Assembly (NCBI RefSeq): GCF_000011465.1
Contig: NC_005072.1
Coordinates: forward strand, 1,200,001 to 1,232,000
Direction of reading: 5' to 3'
DNA length: 32,000 bases
Source of the DNA: Prochlorococcus marinus subsp. pastoris str. CCMP1986
Lineage (GTDB): Bacteria; Cyanobacteriota; Cyanobacteriia; PCC-6307; Cyanobiaceae
In this document: positions 1 through 7,272 of the stretch, in pieces
Position numbering within the stretch: the first letter of the stretch is position 1
Layout of the letters: every line of letters starts with the position of its first letter
Translations under genes and position numbers: made by a program
Notes under the pieces: model-generated
Seen by the model: only the letters and a program-made list of their open reading frames with translations
The model's database searches: none
Told to the model about the DNA's origin: nothing

Positions 1-909
1 TCGTAAAATTATATACCTAATTCAATTTTAATTAAACCTTTCTAAAAAATTTAAGATTATTTAGAAAAATAAATTTAGTAATTAATAAAATAGAACAACT
101 TGCTATATATTTTTAAAGAAAATTTTATTCAATTATAATTACTATTAATTGATATATTCTTTATATATATAGTAAAAGTGAATAAGCAATCTTGAAGATT
201 CTTAATAATAGGTTCTTTATCTACTTTTATAAATTATTTCTACAATTTATCATCTTTTCAATTTTTATTAAATATTTGATTAAGTCCTTTGATAGTTAAT
301 TTATCAGGAATTATCAAAAAATATGTCTTCGGATAAAATGGGGTTTAAAAAGTAAAAAATTTTAATCATAGTTTGTTTTTAAAGTTTCTATATGTATATT
401 TAATTCCTGGTATTGTTATGAAATTAATAATTTTTCTTTTTAATAATTGAATTGAATATAGGTTAGATTGATGCTTCGAAAAAATTTTTTTATATTAAAA
501 AATTTTCTTGGCTCTAAATATTTAGTATTTGATAAAACTCAATGAACTTAATTAGAAATAAAATATTATTGTTAAAAGGATGCAGATCAAATTAGTGGAC
601 TAAAAACTAACAATATTATCAGGTGATTATTTACTTTTAAATATTTACCAGTAATACGGATACCATACCGTCAATACAAGCAGCTTTTTCATTTTTTAGA
701 TCTCCTATGCAATATATGCTCTTTTATAGTGAAGATAAGGATACTAAAAATCTTTTGACTTCAAAATAAAAATTTAACCTATAGAAATCTACGCTGAGTA
801 TAAATGAATATTTCATTTGCAGATGAGTTATTAAATTTCTCTAATATTAAGTTTCAAAATTGCTATCGTACGTAACTTAAATTTCAAAGAAATTCTATAA
901 ATTTTTAAT

Positions 910-1308
910 TTATTTTTTTTTACTTAAATGGCTTGAAAGAAGTTCAGCAAATTTTTGATATCCTAATTTAGATAAATGCGGTCCAAGGGGTGCATAATTT
1001 TTAATATCCTTAGTATCTATTACTGTTGAACCATCAATAAATTTAATTTTTAGTTTCTTAGAACTCTTCTTAAGATGTAATTTATAAAGATCTCTCGCTT
1101 GATTTGGACGCCAATAATCACTGTTGGGTATATAAGCAACATAAGGGGTACATAATAAATTCACGTTACAAGTATCATTGAGTTCGCGTATGGCATTAAG
1201 ACTAGTTGAACTTTTTGAATAATCATCATGTAAACCTCTAAATCGCTCTAAATTTATAATTCTTCTACGTAATGGCCAAAGAGATAGAACCCTATACCAA
1301 AAAAACAT
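910..1308 (-). pseudogene. C-terminal segment of a split SGNH/GDSL-like hydrolase or acyl-esterase. Its frame stays open upstream to 1398.
   Basis: The 132-aa ORF ends with a GPHLSKLGYQKFAELL stretch resembling SGNH block V (catalytic His). It lies directly downstream of an ORF carrying blocks I-III, but in a different frame. The frames overlap at an A8 run (plus-strand T8 at 1385-1392). Confidence 0.55.
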
Positions 1309-1355
1309 TTTTTTATTTGGATTGAGTAACTTATTTTTATTTATCTCTAATTTAT

Positions 1356-2123
1356 TTAAGATTCCCTCTTCATCTGTAGGATAATTTTTTTTATTATTCT
1401 ATTAAATGTTAAATTATATTCCTTGCTGGGATTAATTCTACCTCCTTTTGTAAAAACTGGAATTGGTCTAATTACAGACAAATGCTTAACTACAGTTTCA
1501 TTAAAACCTACATTATCGTTATCATAAAAAACCAAAACAATGTCAAACTTTTGCTTTTTGATTGTCGAAATAATAGGTTTTACTACACCTTTTAAATTAG
1601 CTATATATTCATTTGGTCCATTATTACCAGCCCCAAGATTAATCGTATTTGCACCAACTAATGTTTCAAATACCTCTGTAAATGTGTATTCATCATCAAC
1701 ACAAGCGCCATTAGTATAAGAGTCACCTATAAAAAATGTTGCACCCTCTTTATTGATCTTATCCCAGTTTTGATCTTTATTTCGCATTCCAAATCTGTCA
1801 GACTTGTAAGTCACCAAGCCATAACCCTCATTACATAAATAGGAATTTGTATATGGAAGTGTCCCTACAGGGTAAAATTTCGAAGACAAAAAATATTTTA
1901 AAGTCTCTGCTGGATAGAAAGTTGGCAAGTTCCCTTCTTTAACACTATTGATTTTGAAAGGATAGTCAAATTCAATTTGACGTTTTAATTCTTTATCATA
2001 GGGTACCTGAAAATCCTGGTGCTTTACAGATATTAATTCTTCTAAAAAAGAGTAGGCTAATAGAGGGAAAATGGAGGCCGAACAAAATAAAGCACAATTT
2101 AAAACTATTCCTTTAAATTTCAT
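1356..2123 (-). CDS. SGNH/GDSL-like hydrolase, N-terminal part (signal anchor plus blocks I-III); appears truncated relative to 910..1308
   Basis: Motifs FFIGDSYTNG (GDS block I), LGAGNNGP (block II) and VFYDNDN (block III), with a hydrophobic N-terminus MKFKGIVLNCALFCSASIFPLLAY. I place the start at ATG 2123, not 2255, because 2126..2287 encodes a well-formed DUF5989-like protein in another frame. Confidence 0.6.
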   Translation of the reverse strand: MKFKGIVLNCALFCSASIFPLLAYSFLEELISVKHQDFQVPYDKELKRQIEFDYPFKINSVKEGNLPTFYPAETLKYFLSSKFYPVGTLPYTNSYLCNEGYGLVTYKSDRFGMRNKDQNWDKINKEGATFFIGDSYTNGACVDDEYTFTEVFETLVGANTINLGAGNNGPNEYIANLKGVVKPIISTIKKQKFDIVLVFYDNDNVGFNETVVKHLSVIRPIPVFTKGGRINPSKEYNLTFNRIIKKIILQMKRES

Positions 2124-2125
2124 CC

Positions 2126-2287
2126 TCAAAATATTGAGTAAATAAAAGGCGCAATAACAGAACCTTGCGTAAATACAATCAATGTTCCCATGAAGACAAT
2201 TGTAAAAATCAAAGGTGCTAACCAATACTTTTTGCGGACTTTGAGGAAGTCCCACATGTCTTTAACTAGATCAAGAAATGCTTCCAT
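2126..2287 (-). CDS. Small membrane protein, DUF5989 / SxtK-like (53 aa), absent from the supplied ORF track
   Basis: Manual translation of the minus strand gives MEAFLDLVKDMWDFLKVRKKYWLAPLIFTIVFMGTLIVFTQGSVIAPFIYSIF then stop. It has one TM helix and the ...APFIYSIF tail I recall for the small proteins that follow SxtJ-like genes. It starts 3 nt after the SxtJ-like stop, and its own stop lies 2 nt before the next ATG. Confidence 0.7.
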   Translation of the reverse strand: MEAFLDLVKDMWDFLKVRKKYWLAPLIFTIVFMGTLIVFTQGSVIAPFIYSIF

Positions 2288-2290
2288 AGT

Positions 2291-2683
2291 TTAAAAGATT
2301 CGTGTAATGTCAGTTTGATGATTCTGTTTGTTTTCCCTATAGGTTTTTTTATCTTTTCTTTTTTTTCTTAATGGATCGTATCCAGAAATACGCATAATTA
2401 AAGCAATTGGTAAAAGGACAAGAATAAATACCAGACCTAATACTAAATGACTATTGACCCATCCTAGCTTATGACCAAGTAACATCCAGCCCTTATACGG
2501 ATAAAGCAATATTCGAGGTGCGATGAGCCCAATAATTAGTCCAGGGATACCTATCAAAAGGGTCCATTCTCTAAATCCATGACCTGCAAAAGAAGGCATT
2601 ATCCAACCGATTAGGAATGGAAATCCAATTCCAATAAGAATACCAAATTCACGAAGTTTCTTTTTAGTGATTTTTTCTGACAT
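2291..2683 (-). CDS. SxtJ-like small integral membrane protein
   Basis: A 130-aa ORF with N-terminal KKKLREFGILIGIGFPFLIGW and 3-4 predicted TM helices. It sits 2 nt downstream of the carbamoyltransferase, the usual SxtI/SxtJ/SxtK-type arrangement (recalled, not searched). Confidence 0.65.
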   Translation of the reverse strand: MSEKITKKKLREFGILIGIGFPFLIGWIMPSFAGHGFREWTLLIGIPGLIIGLIAPRILLYPYKGWMLLGHKLGWVNSHLVLGLVFILVLLPIALIMRISGYDPLRKKRKDKKTYRENKQNHQTDITRIF

Positions 2684-2685
2684 AG

Positions 2686-4539
2686 TTAATCGAGTTCAAA
2701 TTCTTGCATCCAGGTTTCATCCGTTTCAATCTTTGGTTGTTCGCTTTTGAAGAGAATTTGATTCTCAAGAACCAAAATATCCATCTCAGTTCTCATAAAA
2801 CATCTGTAAGCATCTTGGGGAGTACAAACGATAGGTTCTCCTCTTACGTTGAATGAGGTATTAACAAGCGTTGGGCAACCAGTTTTTCTTTTGAAGGTAC
2901 TTATCAGATTGTGATATCTAGGATTTGTTTTATAGCTAACTGTCTGGATACGTGCCGAGTAATCAACGTGAGTGATTGCTGGCAATGAAGACTTAGGTAC
3001 ATTAAGTTTTTCAATACCAAAAAGCTTATTTTCTTCTTTTGACATCTTCTTTCGAAGTTCTTCTTTAACTGGAGCGACAAATAGCATATAAGGACTTTTA
3101 GTAGATATTTCAAATTGGGTTCTGACATCTTCTTCAAGAACAGATGGAGCAAAGGGTCTAAAACTTTCTCTATATTTAATTTTGAGATTCATTACGCTTT
3201 GCATTTCTTTATTTCGTGGATCACCAAGAATTGATCTTGCTCCAAGCGATCGAGGTCCAAACTCCATCGGCCCATTAAACCAACCAACTACATTTCCTTT
3301 TTCTATTTCGCAGGCTAATTTGTCGAATAATTCATTATCGTTATAAGTATAAAAAGTAGCATTTATTTGATTGAGATATTGAACGATTTGGTCATTACTG
3401 TATTCTGGACCAAGGTATGCTCCTTTCATTGAGTCGCATTTGTTTATATTTCGATCTTTTTTATGATATTGGTACCAACTTACTAGTGCCGCGCCTAGTG
3501 AAGATCCTGCATCTCCGCTTGCAGGCTGAATCCAGATATTTTCAAATATATTTTCTCTTAGAAGCAATCCATTCGCTACACAATTAAGTGCAACACCGCC
3601 AGAAAGGCATAAATTTTTCATACCTGACTCTTTACGAAGAGAACGCGCTATTTTTAGAACAATTTCCTCAGTTACAGATTGAATTGAGGCTGCTATATCC
3701 ATATGGAATTGTGATAATTCCGTCTCAGCTTTACGAGGTTTAATTCCAAAAAGCTTGTGGAATTTTCGTCCAGTCATGCGAAAACCCCTATGATATTTGA
3801 AGTAACTTATGTCGAGATTGAAAGTACCATCTTTTTTGATATCAATTAAATTCTCCTTAATTTTGTCAGCATATTTAGGCTTTCCATATGGAGCAAGGCC
3901 CATTAATTTGTACTCTCCTGAATTTACCTTGAAACCACAATAGTAAGTAAATGCAGAGTACAAAAGTCCGAGAGAGTGAGGGAAACTAATTTCCCAAATA
4001 GGTTTTAAAGAATTATTTTTACCGGTCCATGTTGAAGTTGTCGCCCACTCGCCAACACCATCCATACATAAGACTGCTGATTCATTGAATGGACTTGGAT
4101 AAAATGCAGCAGCAGCATGAGAAAGGTGGTGTTCTGAGAAATGAAGATTTGGTAACTGAAATAAGTCTTTAGAAAGTTCTTTTTGAATTAGTTTAAGATT
4201 GAGTTTTATTTGATTCTTCAAAAATAGTTTTTCTTTTAACCAAACTTGCATTGCTGTAATAAAAGATCTAATACCTCTTGGAGCTACACCAAGATAGGTT
4301 TCCATTAGTCTTTCAAAAGTCAGGAGAGGTTTTTCGTAATAAACAACTTCTTGTATATCAGCAAGACTAATTTTTTGTGATTTCAAACAATATAGGATTG
4401 ATAATTTCGGGAAGCTTGAGTCATGCTTTTTTCTAGTAAATCTTTCTTCTTGTACAGCAACTACAATTTCGCCATTCTTAAGTAAAGATGCTGCACTGTC
4501 ATGATAAAAACAAGATATTCCAAGAATGTAATGATCCAT
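2686..4539 (-). CDS. NodU/CmcH-family carbamoyltransferase
   Basis: A 617-aa ORF. The N-terminus ILGISCFYHDSAASLLKNGEIVVAVQEERFTRKKHDSSFP is the canonical Carbam_trans_N signature. The C-terminal part (GPRSLGARSILGDPR, VNTSFNVRGEPIV) matches the carbamoyltransferase C domain. Confidence 0.9.
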   Translation of the reverse strand: MDHYILGISCFYHDSAASLLKNGEIVVAVQEERFTRKKHDSSFPKLSILYCLKSQKISLADIQEVVYYEKPLLTFERLMETYLGVAPRGIRSFITAMQVWLKEKLFLKNQIKLNLKLIQKELSKDLFQLPNLHFSEHHLSHAAAAFYPSPFNESAVLCMDGVGEWATTSTWTGKNNSLKPIWEISFPHSLGLLYSAFTYYCGFKVNSGEYKLMGLAPYGKPKYADKIKENLIDIKKDGTFNLDISYFKYHRGFRMTGRKFHKLFGIKPRKAETELSQFHMDIAASIQSVTEEIVLKIARSLRKESGMKNLCLSGGVALNCVANGLLLRENIFENIWIQPASGDAGSSLGAALVSWYQYHKKDRNINKCDSMKGAYLGPEYSNDQIVQYLNQINATFYTYNDNELFDKLACEIEKGNVVGWFNGPMEFGPRSLGARSILGDPRNKEMQSVMNLKIKYRESFRPFAPSVLEEDVRTQFEISTKSPYMLFVAPVKEELRKKMSKEENKLFGIEKLNVPKSSLPAITHVDYSARIQTVSYKTNPRYHNLISTFKRKTGCPTLVNTSFNVRGEPIVCTPQDAYRCFMRTEMDILVLENQILFKSEQPKIETDETWMQEFELD

Positions 4540-4561
4540 TAATTAACAATAAAACTTTAAG

Positions 4562-4606
4562 TGAAACTTAGGAGATTTGAACTCCTTCCTCTTCATGCCA
4601 TGAAGA
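4562..4606 (-). other. tRNA 3'-half-like element (anticodon arm + T arm + acceptor-like tail); no 5' half
   Basis: The minus strand reads TCTTC-ATGGCAT-GAAGA-GGA-AGGAG-TTCAAAT-CTCCT-AAGTTTCA. This gives a 5-bp stem with a 7-nt loop (U33, GGC, A37), then a 5-bp stem with a TTCAAAT T-loop. No complementary 5' acceptor strand is found upstream. Confidence 0.45.
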
Positions 4607-5053
4607 AAAAAAACTGGCGAGTCCCATTACTATAACATCCATTAGAGATCATTACTAAAAGTAAATTGCGAAATCCGTTATAGGTTTTTAAGAGAGTATA
4701 AAACTCATTTCAATTATAAATATATCGCCAGCTTTTTCTTTAAATCAAGTGTAGAACCCGAGTACTTTACTAAATATCCATCTTGAGTATAGTTTCAGAA
4801 AGAATCCCAATTTTGTTAAGAATTTATACTAAAGAATATAATAAAATTTCTTTACAAAAATGGCTATAAAAAAGATTTACTAATTTCCTGTTTTATCCAT
4901 ATGGAAACATTCTCGTTTATGAATTAATAATATCTCTGAAGCGAAATTTTTATTATTAAATAATCTTCCATAACAATTAAAATCAATATCTTATATTTTA
5001 ATTTTTGTACTATAAGTATATAAATACAAAACAATTATTAGATTTGAATGTAA

Positions 5054-5506
5054 ATGATTACTTTTAAACAATCAATTGTTGGGATTTTAGGTAATATTGC
5101 AACAACCTTTTCATTCCTCCCATACTTGCCAAATTTTATTCACAAATTTCGCGGAGTCAGGTTTGAAAATTTTTTAAAGGTACATTTTTCAAGCAATGTT
5201 ATTTTAGATAATAGATATCCAGATAAAATCAGAATAGATAAAGGAGTTGTTTTTGCTACAGGGTCTTTAATTACAGCTCATTCTTTTGTGCCTAAAAATA
5301 ACAAAGTAGTTGGCATTAAAGAAATTATAAAATCAGTATTTATTGGTAAAAATGTGTTTATTGGAGCAAAAGCAATTATATTACCAGGAACACATCTTGA
5401 GGAAGGATGTTATGTCGCTGCTGGTGCTGTTGTCTCAGGTAAATTCAAAAAAAATTGCTTAATAGCAGGAAATCCAGCTATTATTAAAAGAAGTATTAAG
5501 TCTTGA
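5054..5506 (+). CDS. Left-handed beta-helix (hexapeptide-repeat) acetyl/acyltransferase
   Basis: The C-terminal region IGKNVFIGAKAIILPGTHLEEGCYVAAGAVVSGKFKKNCLIAGNPAIIKR is a typical LbH O/N-acetyltransferase signature. Confidence 0.75.
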   Translation: MITFKQSIVGILGNIATTFSFLPYLPNFIHKFRGVRFENFLKVHFSSNVILDNRYPDKIRIDKGVVFATGSLITAHSFVPKNNKVVGIKEIIKSVFIGKNVFIGAKAIILPGTHLEEGCYVAAGAVVSGKFKKNCLIAGNPAIIKRSIKS

Positions 5507-6240
5507 TTTTGAAAAGAGATTTTATATGCTTATTAAGAATCTTTATAGATTCGTTGCCTGAATTCATAAGAAATAGCGAAATACTTTTTAGAATTTCAAT
5601 GTTTATTTTTAAAGTTCCTGCATCATTATTTACATTTAGAAAAAAATATAAATCTGGAATAATTAAAGATCTTTCAGAGTATTATTCTGCCAATGAAAGT
5701 TTTTCACTGAAAAGGATTTCAAAAGATACTGATATAAATTCATTGCATTTAAGAATTATCAAAAGATACTTCAAAAAATATTTGCCTAATTCTTTATTAG
5801 ATGCTGGATGCGGATCTTGTTATTTGTTAGATAATTTTAGAATTTTAAAACCCTCTGCAAAGTTGGTAGGAATTGATTACGATACCCCCATCTCAACAAA
5901 CAACAAATTCAAATTAATTGAGGGGGATATATTAAATACACTTAAAGGATTTCTGGAAAATTCATTTGAATTTGTTGTTTGTACTCATGTTATTGAACAT
6001 TTAAATTATCCCGATGAGGTTGTTCTTGAACTAAGAAGAGTATGTTCGAAAATCCTTATTATTATATGTCCAATTGAAAAGGAGTTAAAATGGGGGATGA
6101 ATTATCATATCAATTTTTATAGTAATAAAAAATATTTTCTGAATTTTATTCTTGATACAAAATTAAAGAATAAAAAAATTAATAATTATAAAATCTATCA
6201 AAGATTAGGAGATTTAATGTATGTTGAAAATATTATTTAA
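5503..6240 (+). CDS. Class I SAM-dependent methyltransferase
   Basis: Motif I LLDAGCGSCYLL, followed by VGIDYD and FEFVVCTHVIEHL. The start is ambiguous: either TTG 5503, overlapping the upstream stop as TTGA, or the in-frame ATG at 5599. Confidence 0.75.
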   Translation: MILKRDFICLLRIFIDSLPEFIRNSEILFRISMFIFKVPASLFTFRKKYKSGIIKDLSEYYSANESFSLKRISKDTDINSLHLRIIKRYFKKYLPNSLLDAGCGSCYLLDNFRILKPSAKLVGIDYDTPISTNNKFKLIEGDILNTLKGFLENSFEFVVCTHVIEHLNYPDEVVLELRRVCSKILIIICPIEKELKWGMNYHINFYSNKKYFLNFILDTKLKNKKINNYKIYQRLGDLMYVENII

Positions 6241-6279
6241 TTAAAAATTAAGTTTATTTTTTATAGTAAAATTTAATTT

Positions 6280-7272
6280 TTAATAATTTCTTCTAGATTT
6301 CAATCTTCTTATTAGAGGCTGTTGAGTTGAATCATAATAAAGGAATCCAATAACAAGCTGAGAAATAATAATAGCAAGTAAAGTTATAAGATTTGCCTCG
6401 CCAGGAGTAGCTAATTGGTTATTAAAAGTACCATTCAAATAGGTTTTGATTATTAAGATAGCTAAAACCAAAGAAAGAATTGAACTACTAAGTAGTTCAA
6501 GAGAACCTATATTAAAATCAAGTAAAAAATATTGATAAATTATTCTTTTTAAAAAATTTCTCAAATGATTTTTACTAAATCTGAATATTTCCACAAGAGG
6601 TTTAAGAGAACTTTCTTCATCTGAATAATTACTTTTCATTGGAAGTTGAGTAAAACATATATTTTGTAAGCTGCATTGAAACAAGAGATCAGATTCAAAA
6701 AAATATCTATTATCTACTTTATCTAATCTAACTTTGAGTAAACCAGTTTCTGTAAATGCGATAAATCCATTTGTAGGATCAAAAAGTTCCCAATAACCAC
6801 TTGAAAGTTTGTTTAGAAAGCTTAGAAACAAGTTACCAATAAGCCTCAAAAAGGGCATAGTCAGTACATGATCTAGACTGGAAAAACGATTACCCTTTGC
6901 CCCATCAAATTCACTTCTAATTAAAGGCTCAATTAATTTAGGAATTAATTGAGGATCAATTTGACCATCGGCATCAACTTTAACAATAATTGCAGAATCA
7001 TTTTTTAGTAAATACTTCATGCCCCTTATAGTTGCTCCACCCACTCCTAAATTTTTTTGATTATATAAAACTTTAACTTTTTTCGAATTTGCAAATAATC
7101 TGGCAACCCTTTCACCGGTATTATATGGGCATCTATCATCGACTAAAACCAATAAATCAGTATACTTTAGAGCTGATTTGATAACGTTTATTGTTTTTTT
7201 ACCACCTTTATAACAAGGGACAACACAACCTACTTTAACCTTATTATTTTTCATTGTAGTAAAAATCCTCAA
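6280..7272 (-). CDS. GT2 glycosyltransferase of the polyprenyl-phosphate sugar synthase type (GtrB/ArnC/DPM1-like)
   Basis: VVPCYKGG...LVDDRCPYNTG and KVDADGQ (DxD) motifs, plus two C-terminal TM helices (LELLSSSILSLVLAILII and LITLLAIIISQLVIGFLYY). The start is ATG 7272 or ATG 7254; either overlaps the upstream gene. Confidence 0.8.
   Translation of the reverse strand: MRIFTTMKNNKVKVGCVVPCYKGGKKTINVIKSALKYTDLLVLVDDRCPYNTGERVARLFANSKKVKVLYNQKNLGVGGATIRGMKYLLKNDSAIIVKVDADGQIDPQLIPKLIEPLIRSEFDGAKGNRFSSLDHVLTMPFLRLIGNLFLSFLNKLSSGYWELFDPTNGFIAFTETGLLKVRLDKVDNRYFFESDLLFQCSLQNICFTQLPMKSNYSDEESSLKPLVEIFRFSKNHLRNFLKRIIYQYFLLDFNIGSLELLSSSILSLVLAILIIKTYLNGTFNNQLATPGEANLITLLAIIISQLVIGFLYYDSTQQPLIRRLKSRRNY

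Noticed and set aside
645-692. A 15-codon minus-strand ORF, MKKLLVLTVWYPYYW, resembling a glycosyltransferase N-terminus (possible pseudogene relic)
   Set aside because: It is too short to distinguish from chance in AT-rich DNA. The continuation in the other frames shows no glycosyltransferase-like sequence. It is mentioned only as a hint under the long-spacer finding.
2124-2255. N-terminal 44 residues of the 299-aa ORF call (MGLPQSPQKVLVSTFDFYNCLHG...)
   Set aside because: This stretch overlaps, in another frame, a far more convincing DUF5989-like 53-aa ORF. The downstream ATG at 2123 gives a proper hydrophobic signal anchor and operon-style spacing, so the longer call is treated as over-extension.
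4590-4613. Hairpin TCTTC-ATGCCAT-GAAGA next to an A8 run, considered as a rho-independent terminator
   Set aside because: On the plus strand the stem is followed by A's, not T's. On the minus strand the T-run precedes the stem. Neither orientation gives the hairpin-then-U-tract order, and the stem is only 5 bp.
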